Shown: one piece after another, positions 25,337-37,747 of the stretch
How positions within the stretch are numbered: position 1 is the first letter of the stretch
Layout: each line of letters opens with the position of its first letter
Assembly: GCA_965113315.1 (NCBI GenBank)
Contig: OZ220363.1
Origin: Podarcis vaucheri
Lineage: Eukaryota
Direction: 5' to 3' (one strand)
Length of the DNA stretch: 64,000 bases
The notes under the pieces: generated by a model
Seen by the model: only the letters and a program-made list of their open reading frames with translations
Database searches by the model: none
Told to the model about the DNA's origin: nothing
Translations under genes and position numbers: made by a program

Positions 25337-25638
25337 TCAATTCGTCGGGCCTTCTGCTCCTTCTTCTAGAAGGTCCTCCTGGGCTTCTGTCTTGGCCTCC
25401 TCTCCTTCCTTCCCCTCCTGCCTGCCGGCCGGGAACTTGTCTTTGTTGTTCTCCTTTTTCCACTTCATCCTCCTGTTCTGAAACCAGATCTTGACCTGCC
25501 TCTCCGTGAGTCCGAGGGCATGGGAGACCTCGATTCTTCTTTTCCTGGTCAGGTAGGGGTTAAAAAGGAACTCCTTCTCCAGCTCGAGAGTCTGGAAGCG
25601 GCTGTAGGTCTGTCTCCCTCTCCGCCTACCAGGAGCTG
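25337..25638 (-). CDS. HOXD8: Homeobox protein Hox-D8, coding exon 2 (homeodomain)
   Basis: Tandem acceptor TAG|CAG|, then [73 protein letters not shown]. Confidence 0.96.
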
Positions 25639-26519
25639 CTATTTGAGACGAAACAAAAAAGCACAGCGTTTCTTTAAAACGAAACGAAACCCCACAAATA
25701 AACTGAAAACAAGTAGGACTCCCCCCCACCCCGCGCGCACACGACGCCTGCTTAGAGATTTGGAGAACATCCTAAACTGGTTTACTGGGAAATAAGTCCC
25801 ACGGGGGTCTTCGCGACGCCCTAAGGAACAAATGTCATCTAACTCCGTGGGATGTACTTTCTACTGCATGACCAGAGGCTGAGGCAAGTCTATTCGATCC
25901 AGCTGTATTCCAGCGAACAAATTTAGCGCAGGCACGTTTATCCAGAAATAAATCCCACTGCACTCAGCAGGGCTTCCTCTCCAGGGAGGAGGTTGAGGAA
26001 TCCCCTTTAAATCAAAGTACTCCGAGTTATCTGGTCTAGGGTTGTTTGCCTCGCTTGCGCTTAACGCGCCACAGCAGCACCTCCCTGAAAGGAGACTACT
26101 TCTAAAGACTGGTCGAATTATTTGTTTGTTTGTTTCATCCCACGATTCATAACATTTGTGGCTTAACGGCTTCCAGTCCGTGGTGGGGCTGATTATCGAA
26201 GGGGGTGGAGGGAATCGTGGAAAGTGTGCTGGAAGCTGGAAGTTATAACAGCACCGCAATAATTGCATGTCAATTATAGGTGAGAGAGAGAGAAAGAAAG
26301 AAAGAGAAAAGCGGGGATCTGAATTTAGGGATAGATGCTGGGTTGTAATTTGTTTTGGAGAGGAAAGGCTTGAGACGCACAGAGGGAAAATGGGGCCGCT
26401 GTAACCAAGGCAGGAGAGGAAAGTAAGAAAGAGAAGAAAGAGAAGAAAGGAAGGAGGCAGCGACTGGGTTGCCGCGGCGCCAAAGGCAAAGGGAAGCGGG
26501 GGGTTCGCTCGCGTCCAAC

Positions 26520-27120
26520 CTTGTGGTCTCATCCAGGGGAACATTGGAGAAGGAGACGCGCCCTGATTTAAGTGCTCTGGGTCCTCGCCAATATTAGCAC
26601 TGGACGATTTACAGTCAGGATACTGGACCAGCTCGGCCTCTTGGTGTGTCGTAAAAATCGGCTGTCTCTGTAAGTTATCGTATCCGTAAAACTTGGCAGG
26701 CTCTCCCGGACAAGGCAGGCCGGCGCAGGGGCCCTGCGGGGCCAGAGGAGGCGGCGGCGGCGGCTGGTGGTGGTGGTGGTGGTAGGCTGAGGGGCTTCCT
26801 CCGGCTAGGTGCCCGTGGTGCCCGTGGTGCTGCTGGTGATGGTGGTAGTATTCCGGGCCGCTGCCGCCCGAGCCAGGCCCAGGTGGGGGCTGCGGAGGGG
26901 AGAAGCCCGAGGCGGCGGCGGCGGCGGCCGCTGCAGCCGCGCTGTTCCCGTAGAGCAGGGCGGCCGCGGCCGCGGCGGGCGCAAAGTGACAGTCGTAGTA
27001 AGCGGGATTGATGGGCTGCTCGCCCCCTCCTCCTCCTGCAGCTCCTGCCGCCGCAGCTGCCGCCGCCGCCGCCGCCGCTTTGTACTTGGAGTAGAGCGGA
27101 TTGACGAAGTAGGAGCTCAT
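26520..27120 (-). CDS. HOXD8: Homeobox protein Hox-D8, coding exon 1
   Basis: [67 protein letters not shown] (hexapeptide). Donor CAAG|GTTGG; 601 nt, phase 1. Confidence 0.96.
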
Positions 27121-28199
27121 CGGAGGGCGGCGGCAGGGGGGGCGGCGAGCGGAGGCGCCACCACCAGCAGCTGCAAGAGAAGGAGGAGCAGCAGCAGCAG
27201 CAGCTGGGCCAGCCGAAGCCCACGAACCACTGCCTCGCTACTCCTTCCTTACTCCTACTTTACTCAGCCGGCCCGCCGCCGCTGCCCCTGCCACCACTGC
27301 GGACGGCAGCGCTGGTGAGGTCCGGAGCTGGGATCTAATCGCTGCCCGACTGACTGACCTGCCTCACTGCTTTTACTATTTCCTATTAGGCACACACAGG
27401 CAGCTCCGCCGCCGCCGCCGCCGCAGCTACACACTCACATGGGCCGGAGTTCAGGGCAAGGCAGGAGAGCCTGTTGGCTTCGGTTTACACTCACCTCCCG
27501 GAGGCAGAAAACGAGCCCCGGGAAATAAATAAATAACAGCGCAGCAGCCCCATGCAGCCATCCATGGCAGCCGAAGCTTGCCCCACCGGCTGTTCAGGCA
27601 AGCGGCCTCTTTTTCTTTCTTTCTTTTTCTTTCTTCCTTCCTTTCTTCCTTCCTCCTTTCCTTTCTCTCCCCACCCCCACCCGCTTCAGCCTCCACACCC
27701 GCAGCCGTATGCATATTTTCTCGAAAACTCACCAAGCAGAAAGAAAGTAGGAGAGATCAGGGTGAGATAAAGCGCAAGCACCCGGCTGTTGGATGGAGAG
27801 GCCTAGCGGAGTCCAGCTTGGGGTGGAGGGGAGGGAGAAGAGGGGATTTGGCTGGCTTGGTGACAACCCCTGCTGTAAGTTCTACTTTTATTTTTATTTT
27901 TAAAATGAGACTACTTCTAGGCCAAGTCTTGAAGCATACCCTCCAACATTTCTCCGATGAAAATAGGGACATCATTTTATTATTTTATTTTATTTTATTT
28001 TATTTTACCCCGCCCATCTGACTGCTACTATGGGAGGCTTCCACCATACATTATATAAAAACATAATAAAACGTTGAACATTGAACAACTTCCCTATGCA
28101 GGCCTGTCTTCAGATGTCTTCTAAAAGTACTATAGTTATTTCTCTCCTTGGCTGGGGGAGGAGGGGTGTCGCATAAGCCATCATTAGATCCTTAGAGCC

Positions 28200-28800
28200 C
28201 TGAGACATGAAACCATCATAAAGGAGGACACGTGTCTCTGGACGTGTACAGAGTTTTGACCCTACTTCCACACACACCAAGGGTGATAGGGGATCAGAGC
28301 TTCCACTTCCGGGGTCAAAGGGCATGGCTTTTAGGCAGTGGTGCCGCTTCCTCACCCCCATAAACCCATTAACCACCGGCATTGGAGGAGTGGGTATCCT
28401 TCCTGCGCTCAAATCCAATGGTATTGGTAAAGTCCAGGCCCAGAAGGTCATAAACCATCAAAGGCTGGAGGGGGCAAGGGCAGGGAGAGGCCCAGGCAAA
28501 CGGCGGAGATGTTGGGTAGCAAAACTAGGCGAAATCAATGGGTGTTTTGCCATTGATCTCAATGGAATGTGGATTTCCATTAGATAAGCAAGTAAATAAG
28601 TAAATATAAGTAAAATAAACGAGGCTGCGGGAAGCGAGCTCAGGCCAGCAGGCCGATTTCAAACGCGGTGCCCATTTACCCTTGACGCACTGCGCGCCTG
28701 GCTGCAGATCCCGGATTAATTGATACTTAATGGAAGTCATGTCCATGAATATGCTTTCCATCATTTCACCCTTGGTGGACGTCATTAGCCAAGCCAAGCC
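28200..28800. promoter_or_regulatory. HoxD8 upstream enhancer-like region (Cdx + TCF/LEF motifs)
   Basis: GTCATAAA (28447-28454) next to ATCAAAG (28457-28463), further CATAAA sites near 28217 and 28360, and a TAAT-rich block at 28710-28790. Confidence 0.45.
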
Positions 28801-29388
28801 GAGCGAGGGAGAGTGGCGGGTGGATGGCAGTGAGCGAGCGAGCGAGTATGGGGAGCAGTACCGGCGAGCGCTAGCATAGCTGGCGGGGCCGGAATCCCAA
28901 ATAAATGAATGTTTTCCGAAGTGGAAGGGACGCAGAGAGGGAAGAGGCTGAGGAGGAGGAGGAGGACAGCAGCAGGATCGCGCAGTAGCCTTTCCCCAGC
29001 TCCCTGGACAGTACAGGCCGCTGCCCGCATTTAAGCGCCTTCCTTTCCAGAGCTGGAGGGCCGAAATTTTGGCCAAGGCTGGCTCCTCTTTTCTTGGTTT
29101 TGGGTAGCCAAACGAGAAGGGCGCATGGGACTTCCCTGTTTTCCCCTGATGCTTGGGGTGGACCGAGGAGTCTGGTGAAAGGGAAGGGGGTAGTTCAGCC
29201 TGTTAGATCCGAGGCAGGAATTCGAATACATACGACCTTTCTTTTCGGGGCATTTTCCCTGTAGTTACAACCAAAGCGGCTGAATAGAGGTAGCCCCGTG
29301 TGGAATGCAATCGTGTGGACAGATTCCGAGATGCAGTAGCGTTTGCCCTCATTATTTGAGGAAGGGCGAAAGGGGCGGGGCGGAGGCT

Positions 29389-29396
29389 ATTATTAC

Positions 29397-29445
<49 letters not shown>
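29389..29445. repeat. (TAT)n microsatellite
   Basis: Direct reading. Confidence 0.95.
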
Positions 29446-29448
<3 letters not shown>

Positions 29449-31222
29449 CACACACTATATCTCACAAAATAAATGCCATTCCGTTCTGGACTCACTGCAA
29501 AACTAAACTAAGAATAAATTATATGGGTGAAATAGTGCACAGAGCCAGACAGAGAAGCGCGAGAAGACAGAGACGACAATCTGGTGTGAGTTCAATAAAA
29601 TTATTGTGGTTGCATGACATGTCTCTTTGTCATTGTCCTTTCACGAGAAGTTGTCCTGTTCTTTTCTTTTTACAAATACTAGCATCTATCCCCCGCCCGC
29701 CACGTTTATTCGCGTAACCCAGCCGCATAAAATGTACGCTGTGTAGTTTCCATTTTGCGTTTCCCTTTTCTAGTTTTATGTTGTGAACCGCCCTGTGATC
29801 TTCCGGTGAAAGGCGGTATACACATTTCATTAATAATAATGATTAAAATGTACCGTCTTTAACTTTAATAACAAAAGACATGGGGCGGGGAAAAGAAAAT
29901 TCCACAATAATTTAAGGAATCGAACATTGGAGTGTAACTTGGGAGACGCAGAGGAAGAAGAGCGTTTTGAGGAAGCTTCCCCATCCAGTTGTGTTGAGGA
30001 AAGAAGGTTGCAGTATTGCTGAATCACTGCTGTGGTGGAGCTTAGATCAACCAAACTCTGCTACTTACGCTGTGAAAATACGTTCCCGTCTATGCAATAA
30101 AACAGGCACCCTACTGATACAGATGGAATCATTTTTATCTGCAGAAATAGATCCGGGCCTTATAAGCTTTTCTCCAGCGTTGACAGTGTAGAGTTCGCTC
30201 GAGTGGAGTTACCTGGTCTCTTCAGCTGTTGCAACTATTTCAGATTCATCAGAGCGAATGTTGAAGCGCGGAATGAAAGACCAAATCCAGCGCTTTCTTA
30301 GCGTGGTCTCTTGGGATACCAAATTCTCCAGTGAATTCATTTTCTCCTATTGACTTTCTATAGTCTAAAGAAACCCCCTTTCTGTTTATCTGATAACACC
30401 CTTTTGAGATGTTTTGTTAAGATGCATAACCGTGTGCGCATCTTTTTAGATTCTGAAATCCTACCTGGGGGGGGGGTAGGACTCGGAGGGATGGATGTGT
30501 GCGTGTGAGGAAATCAAATACAAGTTTAATGGCAATGCAATGGAAAACCCTTTCGTCGCAGCTGAGTCTCTTTTAGAAAGAGAGAGGTCCCGTGTGCGTT
30601 TCCACGTCGAAAGAGAGGCCTCCTCATTGTTTTCTCTTCTTTCCTTCTGCAGTTCTTAAACCTAATCCGAATCTATATTTCCTGGGTTTGAAAAAGGAGG
30701 GTAAGAACAGACGAGAAATATACTAGAATACCTTCCTGGATTTAGAATACTCTCTGGTGGTAGTTAGAATAACAGTCAGAAAACAAGCTGCGGCCGTAAG
30801 ATGTTCGATCCGCATTAATTCTTCCTTTTTTTGTAAAACGTGCTTTCTATACGCATACATATCTATAATTGAAATGAGGTGTTCTCGTCGAACTTTTTGT
30901 AGAAATTCTAATCATAAAAAGAATGAATTGATTTCGCCTGTAGACACAAATAGCCCCCCGCGCGCTTTTATTTTACATGCCCATACTCTGCAGAAATTAA
31001 ATTTGGTGTCACTGGCAAATTTATACGGGTGGATACTTTTTCAGGTGCTGACTGCGTACATCTCGCCACTTAATTAGTTAGATCATAGCAAAGGACGGTC
31101 ATGTTCGTTTATTTTTAGCTACAAACACAAAATTCATTGATTAAAAGAAACAGCTTGTACATATTTTAAATAAACAAATAATCCTGGCCGAATACAGAAA
31201 ATTATCAGAATATGGAGCAACA

Positions 31223-31236
31223 CCGCCCTCTAGTGG
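31223..31236 (-). promoter_or_regulatory. CTCF site between HoxD9 and HoxD8
   Basis: CCACTAGAGGGCGG on minus, near-consensus CTCF core. Confidence 0.75.
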
Positions 31237-32948
31237 TGAGATGAAATCTTGTTCGGCAACCCGGGTTGACGCCACATGTTTATGCTTTTTCTACGATGAA
31301 TGTGAAAGAAAGATATTTGCAAGGAACACTTGGTTGTTGTTTCTAATAAAATATTTCTTTTTCGCTGGCTAAAGACGATTAAAGTCATGCAAAAAAAATT
31401 CAAAGGAGCGTGCAATTGTTACAAAGAATGAGAAATATCCTTCATATTTACAAGTGAGAAGGGGTATATGCCAAGTCCTATATCTTGAATGACGGGAAAA
31501 TGTTTACAATGACTACACAATGCTGCCTTTTGTTATCAAGAGCACAGGATTTTAATCATAGGAATTTTGCTTAACCAAAGAAACGACGTCTTTATGCCTA
31601 ATGAAGTCAGATTAAGTGAAAACACGAACGAGGAAGCACGTTGCTGTTCCAGTGCAGTTTGCATAAAACCAAACCTCCCGTTTCTGTTTTGTCTGTTTCT
31701 GTTCTATGCTTCGATTTCAAGCTCAGAAACTTTCCTGCCTTGAACTTGCCTAGGTCATTTTATTTCTCCCTTTCCCCATCGGAGAGCTGGTCAGTTTCGG
31801 CTTGCGCACTTACACTTGGAATCATAACAACATCCTCCTTTCTGCTTTATTGTGACACTCAACATATCCAAAAAAAGAAACGGACTCTTAAGCAAATGTT
31901 ACTCGGCTTATTGGAAGCGGAGGGCTAGTGGTTTGGGAATGGCAGCGTTTCCATGTTTCCAAGCACATCCAGCTACGTAGCTGGGCTGCAATGGCATTTT
32001 GAAATAAATAAACGTGGACTTGGGTTCAAACCTTGGCAAGTTTAGATTCGGTCCCGTTCCAGCCAAGGTGGACCTTCCCCAACGCTAAAGTCTCGCCTGT
32101 TTCAAGTTCTATGTATTGCCCTAACCTTTACGAGTGTTGTTGCTCTTGCACTTTTTGCACACCAAGCTCTTCGTCTTTTTTGTTTTTTGTTTTCAAAAGA
32201 ACCCCTGACTTTCTAATATATGGCTACTTCCAGGTCCATTGGCATACCCAGCCGAATTGGTCTTAATCTCCTCACTTTTCAGACTTCAGCGGCGTCCAAA
32301 CTGCTGTCTCGCCCAGCCGGGGTGACATATTGAAATTTATAGTACTGATTTTAAGACCTGGTTTTGTCTGCATCGGTGTTCTATCCTAACAAACGCAAAC
32401 ATCAAAATAAGATGGTCTCAAAGAGAGAAAAGCGCCATCGCATATCGTAAACTCATTAGGTCCAGACGTCTAGCCTTCTCAATGGTTTTATTACGCCTCG
32501 GTTCTTCCTGTTTTAAAAAGAATTATAGGTATAGGGTTGACAATGAATGGGGAAGCAAGGCAACACCTTTTCCTAGGCCTTAATCGCTGTGGGTCTTTCT
32601 GAGGGGAAGGGGGAAGTGATAGCATCTACAGACCCCCAGGTCTCGGTGCCTGTTTCCCTTCACCTTAAATCTTCTTTCAAATGGCTTGAGAGGCCATGTT
32701 TTCCTCGAGACGCTTAATTAAAATGGTGTCTCACATCAGAACAACGCTCCTCTTCTTCTCTAAAATATCCCAGAAACCTGCCGCCCACACCTCAATTGCA
32801 TTGTGTGTGTGTGTTGGTGTTTTTAAATACAATGTACATACATGATTCAGCTAAAGTTTAACACTTGGACGTTCCATTTATTTCCATTGAGGAGTTATGC
32901 ATGTGCTGAAATCTCTACATCAGGGTGGCTTCAAAGTCCTTATCAGAA

Positions 32949-32990
<42 letters not shown>

Positions 32991-33807
32991 CGCGCATATA
33001 TCTGGTGATATGTGCCGATAACCGTATGATCGAAAAGGACGTACATACTAAAGCAGCTCTTGACAAATACCGACAGAGCTGATCATCATGTCTATCAAGT
33101 GTCTTTAAGGTCCAAGAATTTGAATGAGCGAAATGCCGTCATAATTATGAACTAACTTCAGTCTTATTTGAGGACCTCTATGTTTTCCTTACAGATTCCC
33201 ACACCCCACCCCTGAAATTGCTACATGAACCTTTCGGGGTTTTGTGGGGGGTTTTGGTTATGTTCCGGATTTATTTTTTTAAGAAAGGGTACGAAGCTTG
33301 CGCCACGCACCACCACTCACAATTGCAGCCAGGAAATATTATCAGAAAAGAAGGTCGTAGAGGCTATGAACCCGGGGCAAACGCTCTCGACCTGTCCTAG
33401 GATGTATCTCCGCATATTTAGATCGTGGCTTAAAGACCAGTTCTTTTGCTCGGTTGCTGGCAGAGGTGGGGGGGGGAGGGAGAGATTTGGGAGCAAGTCA
33501 GGTTCAAATAGAAAAGATATCAAGGAGGAGTGGGGAAGGGAAGGAAGCAGGGCGGGCGGGGGTCATGCAGGCCTGCTCTGTACTAGCTGTTATACAGTTG
33601 ACCTGCTGAAACCCTTCCTTCGTGTCCACGATTGGTATAATAATATTCAGGAGTGGAGAATGATGAACCGGTGTCGGTGGATACCTCCTGCCTCTCTAGG
33701 AACAGAGGAAGCGTCCCTTCGTCTGCAAATGGCTTCCTGCGGCTTATATGCAAGGCATCTTTATTACAGAGAGCGCAGAAAGACTGGGATTTTCTTTTTT
33801 TCCTTTG

Positions 33808-33861
<54 letters not shown>
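33808..33861. repeat. (CT)n microsatellite
   Basis: Direct reading. Confidence 0.95.
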
Positions 33862-33865
<4 letters not shown>

Positions 33866-34251
33866 GAGGGGGCGGCGGTTTCGTTTATACTCCGGCGCTG
33901 CCTGTTTATTTCCACTTTGCAGAGAGAAGTCAAAGGCAAACCGCGGGCGCGTTTGCACGCACATTACATCTTATTCCCCAGCACACGCAAACCCCCATCT
34001 TCCCAGCCAATTTATTATTATTACTACTGTTATTTCACCAGCTCAGCTTTTATTATAATAACCTATGACAATTACATTATTATTATTATTTTAAAAATTA
34101 AGTCATTAGGTAGAGTTCCAGGCCTCAGTCAATGGGGACGGGTGCTCAGAACTGTTAAGCCGCGGGGCCTGTGGAAGTTAATACTGTTTCAAGTACCGCT
34201 TTTAATACAGTGCACTGGAGAGGATGAAACGGGCAGCCAGGGGGGAGATAT

Positions 34252-34254
<3 letters not shown>

Positions 34255-34318
<64 letters not shown>
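34255..34318. repeat. (TA)n microsatellite, 3' of HoxD9
   Basis: Direct reading. Confidence 0.95.
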
Positions 34319-34324
<6 letters not shown>

Positions 34325-34972
34325 TCAGAGCCTCGATCTGGCAAGACTCTTGCTAAGCATAACCTGCAGAAGGAAAGCGATGCGCAGGGTCTGGAGTCCT
34401 CCCCTCCCCCCTCTCCGCTTTTCCTTTTTGGAAAGTCCGAGGTAAACGCACTATTGCCATCAAGGTAATCCTCGCTGTCATTCAGTATTATCGTCTTCAT
34501 CGCCGCCTTTGCCTTCAGTTTGGAAAAGCGACTGTCCCCCCATCTTACAACCCCTCCACTTTCTCTCTTTCTTTCTCTCTCTCTCTGTCTAGTCTAGGGT
34601 CACTTGGAAGTAGCATGTCAAACATTTAGTATTTAGTATTTAGATAAAGCCACCCCCCAAAAAAACAACAACCCTAACGTGCACTCACAATATCTTAAAA
34701 CCAAACTGGAGGCGCGGGGAAAGAAGCAACTTTTACCAAATACATTCTCCACACCCAGCCCTTTCCTTTCCAGAATACCTGACATCGACCACATTACTGC
34801 TATAAACCCACCAGATCAATAGGAAGTTTTCGAGCCAGTGGACCTGGCAACATAATAATAATAATAATATTAATAATGGCAATGACAATAATTAATATCG
34901 ATACTTTTGTGTGTATCTTCATAGAAAGCCCAGCACATTTCCACAAACGCACGCACGCACACCCTCAAGGCG

Positions 34973-35214
34973 CTAGTCCCCTTTATTCCCTTTTTCCTTG
35001 TTCATCTTTTTCATTTTCATTCTTCGGTTCTGAAACCATATTTTAACCTGTCTCTCGGTCAGGTTTAAAATCCTAGCCACTTCGTAACGGCGGTCGCGGG
35101 TGAGGTACATATTAAAGAGGAATTCCTTTTCCAGTTCCAGAGTTTGGAATTTTGTGTAAGGGCAACGCTTTTTCCTGGTGGAACGAGCGTGAATCCAGTT
35201 CGCGGCGGGGTTAT
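34973..35214 (-). CDS. HOXD9: Homeobox protein Hox-D9, coding exon 2 (homeodomain); absent from the ORF track
   Basis: Read manually: acceptor CTCCAG|AT, then [80 protein letters not shown], with TAG at 34975-34973. Confidence 0.96.
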
Positions 35215-35641
35215 CTGGAGAAGGGAGAGCAAGAAGGGGGGGGGGGGAGAGAGAAGGTCAGGGTTCGGAGGGAGAAGAGGGGCAGGCATTGAAGTAGGGA
35301 GAGGGTTGGGGAGGGGAGAAAGGTCGTTAAATTAATTTAACGGAGGATGCCTGCTCTTTTCACAATTGAGGAGGAATTATCATAAAACCTTGAATGGCCC
35401 GGTCTGTTTACTGTACAAATGATGTCTTCTTGATGGCCGTAGGTGGTTATGGGGAGCCTTTTTTATGGCTGCTTGTTGCCGCTTGCGCTCGAGTAGGCGT
35501 CTAGACGTTTTTATAGGTTAGTAAAACTATCGGTTTTGCACATTGGAGCCTTACAGGTTGGGGTAATAAATCAAAGCGGGTGCAATTTCTTTTCTTTCTC
35601 TCTCTGGCTCGGATTTTTTAAATTTTTTTTTTTAAACTTAC

Positions 35642-36614
35642 TTGGGTCAAGTTGCTGCTGAGGCTTCTCCTCCTTCAGATCGCTGCTGGGGCTAGCATTG
35701 CGGCTGCAACCAGACGCTGGCTTGGCCGGGGTGGCGGTACTGCCGTTGCTGCTGCTGCTGCTGGTGGTGATATTGCTGGTGGCTGCAGCTACGGCGGCCG
35801 CAACCGGGAGAGAAGAACCGTTGCTCACTGTTGTTGTTGTTGCTGCCGCCGCCTTCTCGCGGGGCTCTGCCAGGAAGGAATTGCACGTGTACTCGGGCCC
35901 ATTGACCCCCGAGGGCTCCCTAGACGGCGCGCACTCAGTTCTTTTGGAAGGAGACTCGGAGCTGCAAGACGAGGAGGAAGAGGAAGAGGAGACGGTGGCG
36001 GAGGAGGAGGAAGGAGAGGGCCCCACCGGACCGGCGGCGGCGGCGGCTGCCCCGCTCTCCGGCTTGACGATCCCGTAGTGGCGCGCGCTGGAGGAGCCAC
36101 CGCCGGCGCCGTTGGAGGCGATGCTGGTCGTCGCCGCTGCAGCAGCAGCCGCAGCAGCAGCCGCGGCACTAGCGGCGGAGACGTTGCTGTTGCCTCCGCC
36201 GCCGTTGCCGGGGCTGCTGGGGAAAGAGGCGAAGGGCTCAATCCAGGAGCGTACGTATCTGCCTCCGCCGCCTCCGCCGCCCTCGCCCGGTCCGCCTAAG
36301 TGCGGCTGGGGCATGTAAGGGTGGTAAATGCCGGGCATGGGCGCCGGAGGCTGAGGGTGCACGGCGGGCCACGAGGCTGGGAAGACGGCCGACTTGGGCG
36401 CGAAGCTGCAGGAGGAGAAATCCGAGCCCTCGGCCACCACACCTGAGGATGGCCTGGGGGTCGCATGGTGACCTCCCTGCAGGAACCGGGCAGCCCCTCC
36501 GACGCCGCCGACGCCTCCTCCTGCTCCTCCGACGCCGCCACCGTACACTTCCTCGCTGTCGTGGCCTATGAGGGAATCGACATAGTAGTTACTGAGGGTG
36601 CCGCCGGTCGACAT
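35642..36614 (-). CDS. HOXD9: Homeobox protein Hox-D9, coding exon 1
   Basis: [66 protein letters not shown]. Donor CCAA|GTAAG at 35642/35641; 973 nt, phase 1. A weaker in-frame ATG lies at 36644. Confidence 0.95.
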
Positions 36615-36739
36615 TTTTTGGAGGCTCCCTCCGTAGCAGGGCATATGATGGGGGGAAGGCAAAAAAGGTTACTCTGTTAACTGTAGATGATCGCCTGGCC
36701 CGGAGAACAATCGTAGTATTTTGCAGGCGGCCAGGCTCA

Positions 36740-36780
36740 GCCATTGGTCCCTCCGCCCACGTGATCATATTTACCAATAC
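36740..36780 (-). promoter_or_regulatory. HoxD9 proximal promoter motifs
   Basis: Minus: ATTGGTAAATATGATCACGTGGGCGGAGGGACCAATGG, i.e. two CCAAT boxes, an E-box and a GC box ~130-165 nt above the ATG. Confidence 0.7.
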
Positions 36781-37232
36781 TCCAAGTAAATCAATCCGCT
36801 AAACTGAAGGGGTTGCTGTGATTCAAGCGGAGGTGGTGGTTGGAAAAGAAGGGATACGAAAAGGAAAAACCCAAGAAGGCAACAAGCTAAGACAACAACC
36901 TCCTCCCGCCTTAAAAAAAAACTAAAAAAAACCAACAAACAAAAAACCCTCATTCCCATCCTCTAAGGAAAACATTAGTCTCCAAAACGTGTAATTGTAT
37001 ACAGGCAGAGAGAGAGAGAAATCCTTCCACTCTCTTGCCTTAGGCTTAGCAGGACTCCAAGCGGGCGTGGCGCGCTACTAGCAGAAGCAAGTTCGGGGAC
37101 TATTTGTTCGCCTCCTTTGAGAGGTTCCTGCCATTCATTCCGCTGCCATCAGCCTCAAGCACGGAAGTTCTGCAAAGGCTTGGCTTGTCCTTGTCTTTGG
37201 AAGCTGCCGAGGAAAACCCCCATTGAAATCAT

Positions 37233-37280
<48 letters not shown>

Positions 37281-37507
37281 GGAGGGGGGAGCCCAGCGAG
37301 ATCCCCGCCTGTGAAAACAAACCCTGCCAAAAACTGAGAGTGTGTAACGACTCCTCATAAAACAGGAAAATGTTACAGTAAAAAAAAAAAAAGCGCAACA
37401 ATACAGGAGAGGGCCACTTTTTCCAGAGCAGCTCTTGGTGTCGTTTCCTTTAAAAGGGGGGAAAAAAGGAAAAACAGCAACACAGGGGCAGAATTGAATG
37501 ATTGAAA

Positions 37508-37540
<33 letters not shown>

Positions 37541-37590
37541 GGAAAGAGCTGCCCATTGTGTTGTTTTAAAACAGGTGGAAGACCTCTCCG

Positions 37591-37679
37591 CAATGATTTT
37601 ATGCCTATCAATAAAATTTTTATGAGGTGCATTTGATTATAGATTAATGTGTCCCTCTAATAAAATGGACTGATGGCAC
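37591..37679. promoter_or_regulatory. HoxD9 upstream Hox cross-talk region (HCR)
   Basis: Minus: GGGACACATTAATCTATAATCAAATGCACCTCATAAAAATTTTATTGATAGGCATAAAATCATTG, dense in TAAT/TTAT sites ~1 kb upstream of HoxD9. Matches the recalled mammalian HCR bound by HOXD8/9/10. Confidence 0.75.
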
Positions 37680-37696
37680 ACGAGGAAAAAAAATCT

Positions 37697-37747
<51 letters not shown>

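Noticed and set aside
25861-26519. Open frame continuing ~220 codons into the HoxD8 intron (419-aa ORF)
   Set aside because: A donor sits right after PWMRPQ in the correct phase, and the read-through has no protein-like features. Intron retention cannot be shown from sequence.
26675-27318. Overlapping ORFs around HoxD8 exon 1
   Set aside because: Low-complexity shadow ORFs, mostly with non-ATG starts.
33225-34468. 277-aa and 271-aa plus-strand ORFs
   Set aside because: They stay open through (CT)n and (TA)n microsatellites and lie antisense to the HoxD9 3' region; no domain signal.
35652-36299. Antisense and alternative-frame ORFs over HoxD9 exon 1
   Set aside because: Same GC and triplet-repeat artefact.
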